DNA from: Candidatus Thermosaccharophagus tengchongensis
Lineage (GTDB): Bacteria; Armatimonadota; Fervidibacteria; Fervidibacterales; Thermosaccharophagaceae
Direction: 5' to 3' (one strand)
DNA: 64,000 nucleotides
NCBI GenBank assembly: GCA_032161105.1
Contig: JAVHTD010000011.1
Shown here in pieces: positions 30,960 to 40,303 of the stretch. The notes under the pieces were generated by a model that made no database searches, was not told where the DNA came from, and saw only the letters and a program-made list of their open reading frames with translations. The position numbers and the translations under genes were made by a program. Every line of letters starts with the position of its first letter. Within the stretch, counting starts at the first letter, position 1.

Positions 30960-32462
30960 TCACCTGAAGTATCGTCTTATGCGAGCCTCCCTGAACATTC
31001 GCTTTAACTTCATCTGCTTGACTCGCTTTGACTCAACTTGCGCCCTTCTATGGGCAGCAAGCTCTTCGCGCCGGGCAACATGCCCGTCTTGAGGGCTCTC
31101 AGCGCGCTGTTGAATTCGCTCAACACGCTTAATTGGATAACCGCCGCTATCTTCCGCGCGCTTCAAACCCCTTTGGATGAGATACTGCTCAACCGTCATC
31201 GTGATGTTGAATGTCAACCAGTAAAGGATGAACGCAGCCGGGAATGACCAGAAGAAGAGCAAGACCATCATCGGAAAGAGCCATGAGAACACCTGTTGCG
31301 TCTGTTGCTGTTGCGGGTCGACTGGCTGAGAGAGCTTGCTCATCAAGCGTTGGCTCAGTATCAAGCTCACGAAGTAGAGCCCGAACAGGATAAAGTCCGG
31401 GCGAGCCAAACTCCGTATCCAAAGGAAGCTGGCATGCAGGAACTGATACTTGTAGTAGACCACCGCCCAGTAGACGGCGATGAGAATGGGAAACTGAATG
31501 AGCAGAGGTAAACAGCCGCTCAGCGGGCTAATCCTGTGCCTGCGATAAAGGTCAAGCAACTCTCGGTTGAGCCTTTGAGGGTCATTGCGATACTTCTTTT
31601 GCAGCTTCTGCATCTCCGGCTGCAGCTTCTGAAGCATGCGCATTGACTTATAAGCCTTCCTGTTGAGCGGGAAAAGGAGCACCCTGACAAGCAGTGTCAG
31701 CATTATGATAGCCAAACCGTAGCTGTAGCGCCTATCCTTACCAGTCATTGAGGCAAGTGCATCAAGCAGCTTGTAGCTGAAATACTCGCGATAGAACTCG
31801 TCCAAGCGCCTCAGTGCCGCTTCGTATGCTGTTTCCTTCCTGACGACACCATGATCCAAGTGAATCACAAACGCATTTGCGAGCACACCACGATAACTTG
31901 AGAGCCACTCAAGGCGTTGGTATGCCTTGAGGGCTTGCTTCCTCGCCTTGCCCTCGTTATCGGTGCCGATTGAGCGCTGATAAAGTTGCCTGCAAATCTC
32001 GGCTGCTCTAAAGCAAGCTGTGGCAACATGGTCCGAGCATGCCAGAGCTTCCAAACGCACAGATTGATCCTTTGAGCGCATGGCATCCTCATATTCGCCA
32101 ACCAATTCCTCATACGCATCCTTAGCCCTCGCCGTGTCCATCAAGACGAACTCAAATATTGCGCCACGGCGAAGTTGCGCCCATGCCTCGGGAAGCGTGC
32201 ATCGCCTATCTCGCACAATTGCCTGCAGGCGCTTGAGTTCACCGTCAGCTTGCTCTTTGGTGCGCAGCTTGCTCACATCAAGGGCGCTCTGCGGGCTGTA
32301 AGGCTCATTCAAGCCCGCATAGTCAGTTGTGCAGTGCACCGCATTTAACATCACGGCAACTACCGCACAAATGAACAGTAACTTGACTGTCATCCTGCCC
32401 ACTGCAGATAGCGAGCGAAACGAAAAAATCAGTTTGCGATGAGCTTCTCGCGCCTCAGCCAT
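30960..32462 (-). CDS. yidC: Membrane protein insertase YidC/Oxa1 with large N-terminal domain
   Basis: [46 protein letters not shown] and LYW motifs, plus synteny. Start uncertain (32501/32462/32393). Confidence 0.9.
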   Translation of the reverse strand: MAEAREAHRKLIFSFRSLSAVGRMTVKLLFICAVVAVMLNAVHCTTDYAGLNEPYSPQSALDVSKLRTKEQADGELKRLQAIVRDRRCTLPEAWAQLRRGAIFEFVLMDTARAKDAYEELVGEYEDAMRSKDQSVRLEALACSDHVATACFRAAEICRQLYQRSIGTDNEGKARKQALKAYQRLEWLSSYRGVLANAFVIHLDHGVVRKETAYEAALRRLDEFYREYFSYKLLDALASMTGKDRRYSYGLAIIMLTLLVRVLLFPLNRKAYKSMRMLQKLQPEMQKLQKKYRNDPQRLNRELLDLYRRHRISPLSGCLPLLIQFPILIAVYWAVVYYKYQFLHASFLWIRSLARPDFILFGLYFVSLILSQRLMSKLSQPVDPQQQQTQQVFSWLFPMMVLLFFWSFPAAFILYWLTFNITMTVEQYLIQRGLKRAEDSGGYPIKRVERIQQRAESPQDGHVARREELAAHRRAQVESKRVKQMKLKRMFREARIRRYFR

Positions 32463-32745
32463 CCATCGCCGCCGTTGAATCATGGCTCTCTTCGGTCTCA
32501 CCCCTTACGCAACCAGCAGCGAGCTTCTCCGGTTGCGGCACAGGATCGTATCCGCCCGGAAAGAATGGGTTGCAACGCAGCAGGCGAAGCATTGCCAACC
32601 AGAGCCCTTTCATCAACCCGTGAAGGCGTAGCGCCTCAATGGCATACTCTGAGCAGCTCGGCGTGTAGCGGCAACTCGGTGGCATCCAAGTTGAAAGTGT
32701 CCTTTGGTAAAAGCGAATGAGCGCTATCAACACGCGGCAAATCAC
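32455..32745 (-). CDS. yidD: Membrane protein insertion efficiency factor
   Basis: [10 protein letters not shown] and [17 protein letters not shown] motifs. Confidence 0.96.
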   Translation of the reverse strand: MICRVLIALIRFYQRTLSTWMPPSCRYTPSCSEYAIEALRLHGLMKGLWLAMLRLLRCNPFFPGGYDPVPQPEKLAAGCVRGETEESHDSTAAMDG

Positions 32746-32762
32746 GCCTCACGATCACCCTG

Positions 32763-33191
32763 TCATCGCAATTGCGCTCTCTCAACTGCGCCCGCACGAA
32801 AAAGCAATTGCTCAAACTCAAGATCAAAGTCCTCGTGCTTTATCTCCTTGCAACTTGGCTGCACTACTATAACCAGCATGTCAAACCCGCTCTTTAACGC
32901 CCAACGCCTCGTCCTATATGCCTCCCTTAGCCAACGCTTTATGCGATTGCGCACGACGGCTTTTCCAACAGCCTTCCCAACTGAAAACGCTATCCGCCTG
33001 ATTGGCTCACCATGCCAGTAAATGTGCGCCCTGAGCAGCTTCCCCATTATCGTTCTGCCGGCTTTGACGCACCTCTCAAAATCCCTTTGCCTGCGCAACC
33101 TCTCATCCTTTGGAAACCTATTTTCGCCACGCACATCACTTGGCGGTATGCGGCGCAAGCAATCGCCACGCACAGTGACTTTGCCGCTCAT
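32763..33191 (-). CDS. rnpA: Ribonuclease P protein component
   Basis: ERLRRQRDF and SVGKAVGKAVVRNRIKRWLREAYR (RNR motif). Confidence 0.95.
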   Translation of the reverse strand: MSGKVTVRGDCLRRIPPSDVRGENRFPKDERLRRQRDFERCVKAGRTIMGKLLRAHIYWHGEPIRRIAFSVGKAVGKAVVRNRIKRWLREAYRTRRWALKSGFDMLVIVVQPSCKEIKHEDFDLEFEQLLFRAGAVERAQLR

Positions 33192-33205
33192 GATGCTGCC
33201 TCACT

Positions 33206-33343
33206 TCACACGGTAAGGCGCTTTCTGCCCTTACGCCTGCGTCGCTTGATGACATTCCTCCCACCGGGAGTGCTCATGCGAGCCAAGAAGCCATGCACTT
33301 TTTTCCTGCGCCTCTTCTTTGGTTGGTATGTGCGCTTTGGCAT
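33206..33343 (-). CDS. rpmH: 50S ribosomal protein L34
   Basis: Hand translation: [45 protein letters not shown] (45 aa). Confidence 0.97.
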   Translation of the reverse strand: MPKRTYQPKKRRRKKVHGFLARMSTPGGRNVIKRRRRKGRKRLTV

Positions 33344-33437
33344 AGCGCTTCACCTGCCAATCTCAGCGCATTCCCACACCCGATAAAAGATCCGCCGCAA
33401 AGTTTGCCCCCTTCGCAAAGCGCAAAAAGCCAACTGC

Positions 33438-33446
33438 ATTATAGCA
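33438..33446 (-). promoter_or_regulatory. Extended -10 promoter (TGcTATAAT) for the rpmH operon
   Basis: Minus strand reads TGCTATAAT about 95 bp upstream of rpmH. No clear -35. Confidence 0.5.
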
Positions 33447-33552
33447 CGCACCAAATGGTGCCCCTTCACTCAAAAATGGCTCAACACAAAGGGACTTTTC
33501 GCAACAGCCATAATGGACTTGCGATAAGCCCGACTGCGAGGCTCACATATGC

Positions 33553-34425
33553 TCAAAATCTCTTCTCGCAGATGTCGTTAAGGATACACTCATCGCACTT
33601 CGGCTTTCTCGCTTGGCAAACGAGCCTGCCATGCCAAATCATTGCGTGGCTAAAGAATATCCAATGACGCCTCGGGACGATGCGCATCAAATCAAGCTCT
33701 ATCTTCTCCGGATTCCTCTGGTCAGTTAAGCCGAGCCTCCGTGAGATGCGATGCATGTGAGTGTCCACAACTATCCCAGACGGTATCCCAAAGGCGATCC
33801 CAAGGACAACATTTGCGGTCTTGCGAGCCACTCCGGGCAACTTCAACAACTCCTCCATGCTTGAAGGGACTTCGCCACCATACTGCTCAACGAGCGCCTT
33901 GCCGAGCGCTTTTAGAGTCTTTGCCTTCTGGCGATAGTAACCCGTCGGCTTTATCTCCTTTTGTAGTTTCCTCAAGTTGGCATTCGCATAGTCCTCGGCT
34001 GTGCGATACTTCTGAAAGAGCGTTTGGGTGACTTGGTTTACCCTCTCATCGGTGCACTGTGCCGATAAGATCGTTGCAACGAGCAACTCAAGCGGATTTG
34101 ACCAGCGAAGCGCCGTCGTCGCATTCGGGTAAAGCTTTTTCAACCTCCTGATGATCGTGCGCACGACTTTGATCTTTTCCGATGGCGCCTCTTTAACCTC
34201 TGCTGCTTCGGCTCCCTTTCGCCCTCTCCGATGACGCGCCATTTCACCCTCAACAGCGGCTTCAACTGCACCTTCACTCTCCGTTCCCTCCAACCCCTTC
34301 ACCTCAAGTTCCGCTGCAGCCTCCTCAACTGCTTCTTTCTGCTGCGGTTGTTCAAATGGTTTACCTTCAACCTCCGCCTCGCTTTGCTCATCCATGATAA
34401 CACGAAATTTATCCTCGCCGACCAA
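33553..34425 (-). CDS. nth: Endonuclease III with acidic N-terminal extension
   Basis: LLVATILSAQCTDERVN, LPGVARKTANVV, VVDTH and C..RKPKCDEC.L..IC (4Fe-4S) motifs. Confidence 0.95.
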   Translation of the reverse strand: MVGEDKFRVIMDEQSEAEVEGKPFEQPQQKEAVEEAAAELEVKGLEGTESEGAVEAAVEGEMARHRRGRKGAEAAEVKEAPSEKIKVVRTIIRRLKKLYPNATTALRWSNPLELLVATILSAQCTDERVNQVTQTLFQKYRTAEDYANANLRKLQKEIKPTGYYRQKAKTLKALGKALVEQYGGEVPSSMEELLKLPGVARKTANVVLGIAFGIPSGIVVDTHMHRISRRLGLTDQRNPEKIELDLMRIVPRRHWIFFSHAMIWHGRLVCQARKPKCDECILNDICEKRF

Positions 34426-34464
34426 GTCTCTTACACCCCCATTGACAGGGCATGGTTGGTGGGA

Positions 34465-34968
34465 TTAAAGCTGTTCCTCAAGCAATGCCCTGCTGTGCGC
34501 ATCCAACGCCATGTAGTTTGGAATCTCATACGGGTTACCATCAGCATCCACTATTAGAACTCGCCCGCCAAGCAACAGCTGCACATCGTTTCGCTCACGC
34601 ACAAGGAATTGCCTCCTGCCGCGATCCGTCTCCACATCCCACCTCGTCATCCCAAACTCAACCTTGATGGAATTGATCCTCACCACCCTTGGCATGAAGT
34701 ATCGTTCGGAGAGCTCGCTCTCAAGTGCTGCCCTTGACTTGGCATCCAATTGCTTGATGTCCCTGATGATCCCTATCTCCCTGTCATTCTCATCAAGGAT
34801 ACTTATCATCTTGTCCCTCGCCGTGAGCGGGAACAGGCGGACTGGCTTTATACGCCTGTAAACCGTGCCCATATAACTCATGCATAGCTCGCCCTCATCG
34901 CGCCACATGCGCAATTGCTTACAATCAAGCCATGGAAGTGAGTTCACCATCTCGCTCACTTTCGGCAT
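34465..34968 (-). CDS. DUF1854-like protein
   Basis: PVRLFPLT, ELSERYFMP, WDVETDRG and LIVDADGNPYEI.....LDAHSRALL motifs. Confidence 0.75.
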   Translation of the reverse strand: MPKVSEMVNSLPWLDCKQLRMWRDEGELCMSYMGTVYRRIKPVRLFPLTARDKMISILDENDREIGIIRDIKQLDAKSRAALESELSERYFMPRVVRINSIKVEFGMTRWDVETDRGRRQFLVRERNDVQLLLGGRVLIVDADGNPYEIPNYMALDAHSRALLEEQL

Positions 34969-35022
34969 GTGAGATCACCATCGCCGCCCCTTCAGTTCGG
35001 GTTGTGCTCCTCAACTGATGCA

Positions 35023-35439
35023 TCACATTTGGGCACTCAACCCCTCTTCAATCAATGATGTCATCCTCTCAATTTCCGCCAACACTTTGGATAGGGGTTC
35101 GTTGATGCGATTGTCAAGGTGCCGAATTGAACTTGCGCATTCTGCAACCAACTTGAGCCCTGCAAGCATGACCAAATCACGCAGCCTCCGCGATGTGCAA
35201 CTTATCTCAACTAAAGATGATGCATCATCATGCTGGCGAATGGACAGGCTTAAGCTCCCAGTTCGCCCTTCCCCCTCCGGACTTAGCCACTCAACCACTT
35301 CAACGCCGCTGAGCTCACCAAGTTCCTCAACCAGACGCACGCAACCATACTTGTGTAAGATGACCTGCAGCTTTTCTTCAAACACATGTGCCAGCCATGT
35401 CGGGAAGATGACCTTTATTACCTCAATCTCGCCCTCCAA
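35023..35439 (-). CDS. Hypothetical protein
   Basis: 138-aa ORF overlapping the antiporter stop and filling the operon gap. Confidence 0.55.
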   Translation of the reverse strand: MEGEIEVIKVIFPTWLAHVFEEKLQVILHKYGCVRLVEELGELSGVEVVEWLSPEGEGRTGSLSLSIRQHDDASSLVEISCTSRRLRDLVMLAGLKLVAECASSIRHLDNRINEPLSKVLAEIERMTSLIEEGLSAQM

Positions 35440-36736
35440 CTTCTTTCACCTCTTTCAACCTCGCTTGTAACCCGCTCTCTGCCACCCTGAAGAGCGGCAC
35501 AAGCAAGATGGGTGCAAGGAATGTCGTAACGAATGTCATCATGACCGCAACACCAAATTCCTGAAGGTTAATCGCCCCTTTTGCCAAGCCAACACCGGCA
35601 ACTATGAGGGCAACTTCACCCCTTGGCATCATGCCCACCCCAATCCTTGAAGCCCCAAGCGAGTTAAATCCCGAGATAAACGCCGGCAAGCCGCATCCGC
35701 CAACCTTCCCGATGATGGCGAGCAGTGTCAGGAGAAGCCCAAACAGCAGCGCACTCCCCATGCGCGTGAAGTCAACCATCATCCCCATCACCACAAAGAA
35801 GATGGGGACAAGCACATGTGCAACCTGCCTTAACGCCTCTTCAAGGCGACCCGCAATTTCGGTCCGAGAGAAAGCCAATCCAAGAGCATACGCGCCTATG
35901 ATCATAGCCAGCCCGACTGACTCCATTAGCGAAGCTGCAAGGAAGCAAAGCGATACGGCGAGCACAAGGCTTGCGCCCTCCGAATTGAACAGTCGGAAAG
36001 CGCTTGCAAGCATAGGTGCAGCGATGATCGCAACTGCTGTGAGTAGCACCCAAACACCGAACGCCTTTATAGCTATGATGCAAAGTTGAGCGGCTTCAAC
36101 TCTGCCAACGGAAACGAGGTTGCTAACGATTGCAAGCACAATTATCCCAAGCACATCGTCAATGACTGCAGCCGCAAGTATTGTCACGCCCTCAGGTGTG
36201 GAGAGCCTGTTAAGCTCCGATAGAACCCTTGCTGTTATTCCGACGGATGTAGCAGTTGAGACTGCGCCCATGAATAGGGCTGATGGGTGAAAGTAACTGT
36301 CGGCGTAGCCAAGCCACACTGTAAGCACATCTGCGAAGATGAAGGGGAACACAACACCGCCAACCGCTACAAACATCGCTTTACCGGCGTAGCGGAAAAA
36401 AAGCGCAAGGTCTGTCTCCAACCCGATGAGGAAGAGCAGTATGACAGCACCAATTTGAGCCACACTCCAAAGCTCATTTGAGACGGGCACCACACCCTCA
36501 ACTGGCGCAAATAATGCGCCAGTTATGCCGGGAAGAAATTTGCCAATAGCGTAAGGCCCGATGAGCATGCCAAAGACGAGCTCTCCCAACACTGGCGGCT
36601 GCTTAAGCCACCTCTCAAAAACCTCGGCGAAAACCTTTGCGCCGATGAGTATGAATGAAAGCTGGAGAACAAGATGAGCTGCAACTTCAACCGGTGAGCC
36701 ACCATGCCCCATATTCAATGCGTGAGCTCCTTCCAC
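35423..36736 (-). CDS. Cation:proton antiporter (CPA2, NapA-like)
   Basis: LLFLIGLETD, ATSVGITARVL, AAVIDDVLG, PIFFV and GMMPRGEVALI motifs. Confidence 0.92.
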   Translation of the reverse strand: MEGAHALNMGHGGSPVEVAAHLVLQLSFILIGAKVFAEVFERWLKQPPVLGELVFGMLIGPYAIGKFLPGITGALFAPVEGVVPVSNELWSVAQIGAVILLFLIGLETDLALFFRYAGKAMFVAVGGVVFPFIFADVLTVWLGYADSYFHPSALFMGAVSTATSVGITARVLSELNRLSTPEGVTILAAAVIDDVLGIIVLAIVSNLVSVGRVEAAQLCIIAIKAFGVWVLLTAVAIIAAPMLASAFRLFNSEGASLVLAVSLCFLAASLMESVGLAMIIGAYALGLAFSRTEIAGRLEEALRQVAHVLVPIFFVVMGMMVDFTRMGSALLFGLLLTLLAIIGKVGGCGLPAFISGFNSLGASRIGVGMMPRGEVALIVAGVGLAKGAINLQEFGVAVMMTFVTTFLAPILLVPLFRVAESGLQARLKEVKEVGGRD

Positions 36737-36898
36737 CTACTTGTCACCCACCTTAATCCCATCATTGACATTGCTGAAGCGCATTTTGAAGCGCTATGGC
36801 GAAATGGAGTTACAACAATACAACCCTTGCCACCTTTGCCTCAGTTACCAAACCCGACTTCGGTGGCGGATTCGCAATCAAACCCGAAGCTTAATTCC

Positions 36899-37231
36899 CT
36901 ATGCTTGCTCTGAAGCTTCCTGTCCCTCACTGGGCTGTTGAGCTGGCTGTTCGGGTTGTGTTTCCTTGGGGGCTTCAGAGGGTGGTTGCGCTTCAGCCGG
37001 TTTTGCTTCCGGCTTCGGCTGCGTTACGGCGCTTGTAGCTTCACGCCACTGCTTTGCTGCCTCATACTCGCTCCACCCTATGGCAGCAAGCAAAAGCCCA
37101 CCGAGCAAGACAACCGGACCAAGCGCTCCCCAAAACATCGTTTTGAATTGTTCCCAACACACGATGATGAGCACCACTCCAGCCACCACGCATATTATCC
37201 CGACCACCATGGCTACAATGGCACCTCGCAT
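36899..37231 (-). CDS. Small two-TM membrane protein with Pro/Glu/Gln-rich tail
   Basis: Two hydrophobic segments, a low-complexity tail and a GAGGAGG RBS. Confidence 0.7.
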   Translation of the reverse strand: MRGAIVAMVVGIICVVAGVVLIIVCWEQFKTMFWGALGPVVLLGGLLLAAIGWSEYEAAKQWREATSAVTQPKPEAKPAEAQPPSEAPKETQPEQPAQQPSEGQEASEQA

Positions 37232-37420
37232 TTGCCATCCCCTCCTCTTGATGCATCTTCCTACGCCTTAGCGGCTCTTTTGCACCCTTAAACTTCGCCG
37301 ATCAAGCCGCATTCAATTGTAGCATGTATTGTTCACATGCGCCAGTCATCTGTTTAGCATAACCTCGTCTACATCGGCGAATTCATCCGCCAGAAGAGAA
37401 TGCCGAGTTAACCCAAACCA

Positions 37421-38491
37421 TCATGGTGTGAAATCGGAATCGCCCTTGACCTCTTGAATGAATGCTGCAAGCAGCTTCGCTGCATTTTCAAGGTCTCCAA
37501 GGGAAGCCATTTCAACTGGTGTGTGCATGTAGCGATTGGGGATACTTATCAAACCCGTTGCGACACCGGCTCTTGTCACCTGAATCGCATTAGCATCTGT
37601 GCCTGTAGCCCTTGAGATACCCGCAACCTGGTATGGTATCCTGTTTCGCTTGGCAACGCTGATAAGCGTATCAAACACCTTGGGGTTGATGTTCGGACCT
37701 CGGTAGATTACGGGACCACCGTGAAGCCTGATTTCGCCAACCTGCTTTTTGTCAACCTCCGGGTGATCGCTTGCGAATGTGACATCAACTGCAATCCCCA
37801 CATGCGGTTCTATTCCAAACGCACTCGTGCGTGCCCCTCTCAAGCCCAACTCCTCTTGGACTGTTGAGACAGCAAACACAGCAGCATCAAACTTCTTTCC
37901 GGAGAGCATTCTTAGCGTCTCCATGACTACCCATGTGCCAACCTTATCATCCAAGCCGCATGCACAAAAGGTGTTGTTGCGCATGATTTGGAACTTGAGG
38001 TCAAATGTCACCGGGTCTCCAATTGAAACGAGCCTCTCAGCCTCACGCTTCCCCCTTGCCCCAATGTCAACCCAAAGGTCACTCACCTTGGGCAACTTCT
38101 CACGCTCAGCCTCCGGCAGCAGGTGGATCGGTTTCCTCGCTATCACACCGTGAACAGGCACGAGCTTGCCATCCCTCTTGGACCATACAATGACCCTTTG
38201 ACCTATGAGCACTGCCACATCAAAGCCCCCTATAGCGCTAACGAATAGGTAGCCGCTTTCGTCTATGTGCTGAACCATCAACCCAATCTGGTCGCAGTGC
38301 CCGGCGAGCATGATCCTCGGATGACCCGATGGATTTAATTCCGCTATGACATTGCCATGCACATCCTTTCGGACATTGTCAGCATACTTGGATGCCCATT
38401 CCATTACTACCTCCTGCACCGGCTCCTCATATCCAGAAGGGCTCGGCGTCTCAAGCAGTGCACGGAGGAACTCAAGAGATTCAGCGCGCAT
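37421..38491 (-). CDS. M42 family metalloaminopeptidase (TET/FrvX-like)
   Basis: SPSGYE, AGHCDQIG, LDDKVG, VQEELGLRGA, VDVT, GTDA and RYMHTPVE motifs. Confidence 0.93.
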   Translation of the reverse strand: MRAESLEFLRALLETPSPSGYEEPVQEVVMEWASKYADNVRKDVHGNVIAELNPSGHPRIMLAGHCDQIGLMVQHIDESGYLFVSAIGGFDVAVLIGQRVIVWSKRDGKLVPVHGVIARKPIHLLPEAEREKLPKVSDLWVDIGARGKREAERLVSIGDPVTFDLKFQIMRNNTFCACGLDDKVGTWVVMETLRMLSGKKFDAAVFAVSTVQEELGLRGARTSAFGIEPHVGIAVDVTFASDHPEVDKKQVGEIRLHGGPVIYRGPNINPKVFDTLISVAKRNRIPYQVAGISRATGTDANAIQVTRAGVATGLISIPNRYMHTPVEMASLGDLENAAKLLAAFIQEVKGDSDFTP

Positions 38492-38762
38492 CAGTGACTA
38501 CCCCCCTTCCTGTGTCCAAGTGACTTTCATTCCTCACATCCATTTTGCGCACCGCGCAGCGCGATTTAAATCGGTGACAGCTGTGATAGAGCGCGTCATC
38601 ATCGCTACAGACCAACGCAATCCGGGGTTAGATCAAACCGCCGTTGCACAACGGTCAAAGGAGATGGCTTTGGCGCCTGTCACGGCGCCGTTAAGTCTTC
38701 GTCAAATTTTAACGGCACGGCTCTCTAATGCAATCGCATTTCTCATCAGGGAGTGATCGCAA

Positions 38763-40265
38763 ATGCTATACCTCGTCGCTTTCATCGCCGGTGGCGTTGG
38801 CATGGCGCTCGAGATCGTCGGCTCAAGGGTCTTAGCACCAGCCTTCGGGAGCGGCGTGAATGTTTGGTCAAGCCTCATCTCGGTTTTTCTTTTCGGATGG
38901 GCACTTGGAAGTTACATCGGCGGAACAATCGCGGACCGTTATCCGAAATCACTTGGGTTAGTGCTATCCACATTGCTCAATGCGCCTGCCATAGCGATCG
39001 TTAATTCATTTGGGAGGCAGCTCTGCCTGTGGATTTCCGACAGATACATTGCCGGTCAACTCGGTCCATTGCTTGCCGCATTCTTGCTCTTCATGCCTTC
39101 ATGCGTGCTCTTTGGTGTGGTCAGCCCGTATGTCATACGGCTTCTGACAACATCACCGGATTTCGCCGGACGAGTTGCCGGCAGGGTGTATGCGGTCTCA
39201 ACTATGGGCAGCCTCGTCGGGACTCTCTCAGCCGGCTTCATCCTCATCCCAATGCTTCCAGTGAGCCTAATATTGAAGCTGCTCTCGCTTGCGATGCTTA
39301 TTGCTGCAGCACTCGTTTTAGCGCATGAGGCACTTCAAAGGAGCGCTCTGAGGCTCAAGATGGCAGCAGCTGTCATATTGCTCACCATCATCACCACGCC
39401 AACACCGTGCAAGATACTGTATGAAAAGGATTCGGCATACCACCGAATCATAGTTGAGCAGATTGGCAGCGTGCGCATACTGCGCTTCGGTCCAACTTAC
39501 CAGAGCGCTATTGACCTCTCAGACCCAAGCAGGGCTGTCTTCCCGTATACTGACTACTTTCACCTCTCGCTCATATTCAACCCGAACATAAAACGAGTCC
39601 TCATGGTCGGACTTGGTGGAGGGACTGTCCCGATGCGCTTCTGGCGTGATTACGAGGATGCTCAGATTGATGTCGTTGAGATTGACCCCGATGTGAGGGA
39701 TGTAGCCATTAAGTTCTTTGGGTTTAAAGAGGACAGGCGATTGCAAGTCTTCATTGAGGATGGGCGCATATTCCTCAGGCGCTCAAACAACAAATACGAC
39801 CTCATCATGATGGATGCATACACCGCAACGAAGTATGGGCTGAGTGTGCCGTTCCATCTTGCGACAAAGGAATTCTTTGAACTCGTGAAGGAGCGCCTGA
39901 CCGATAACGGAATACTCGCCTACAACCTGATCGGGCAGCTTGAAGGCAGAGCCGCAAGGTCAACGCTGTCGTTCATCAAGACGGTAAGCTCCGTCTTCCC
40001 GTCGGTCTACATCTTCCCTGTGGAATACAGGAAGCGCCCGTGGCTGTATAGCGAGCGCAACATCATGCTCATAGCGACAAAAGCCGAAACGAAGTTAAAG
40101 CCAGATGACATAGTCGCTAAGGCGAGGCTGCTCGCCAACAAGCGTGTGCGCATACCGCTGTTCGTTGAGATAGCGTCCGACTTATACACGGGCAAACTTG
40201 ACTTAGCCGATGTGCCAATCTTCACTGATGACTATGCGCCAACGGAATGGCTGAGGCGCCAATAG
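38763..40265 (+). CDS. Fused membrane domain / spermidine-synthase-like SAM-binding protein
   Basis: N-terminal TMs (LEIVGSRVLAPAFGS), then VLMVGLGGG, VVEID, EDGR.FL, YDLIMMDAY, HLATKEFF and FTDDYAP motifs. Confidence 0.85.
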   Translation: MLYLVAFIAGGVGMALEIVGSRVLAPAFGSGVNVWSSLISVFLFGWALGSYIGGTIADRYPKSLGLVLSTLLNAPAIAIVNSFGRQLCLWISDRYIAGQLGPLLAAFLLFMPSCVLFGVVSPYVIRLLTTSPDFAGRVAGRVYAVSTMGSLVGTLSAGFILIPMLPVSLILKLLSLAMLIAAALVLAHEALQRSALRLKMAAAVILLTIITTPTPCKILYEKDSAYHRIIVEQIGSVRILRFGPTYQSAIDLSDPSRAVFPYTDYFHLSLIFNPNIKRVLMVGLGGGTVPMRFWRDYEDAQIDVVEIDPDVRDVAIKFFGFKEDRRLQVFIEDGRIFLRRSNNKYDLIMMDAYTATKYGLSVPFHLATKEFFELVKERLTDNGILAYNLIGQLEGRAARSTLSFIKTVSSVFPSVYIFPVEYRKRPWLYSERNIMLIATKAETKLKPDDIVAKARLLANKRVRIPLFVEIASDLYTGKLDLADVPIFTDDYAPTEWLRRQ

Positions 40266-40303
40266 CGGTGAGATGCCCTCGGCTCAAATAGCGATGGCTC
40301 ATT

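Noticed and set aside
36737..36898. Cation or fluoride riboswitch upstream of the antiporter
   Set aside because: Some short stems are present, but I could not match any riboswitch consensus by eye; an Rfam scan would be needed.
38492..38762. SAM/SAH riboswitch upstream of the spermidine-synthase-like gene
   Set aside because: Only a generic hairpin (GCCGTTAA...TTAACGGC) is present, with no SAM-I or SAH conserved core.
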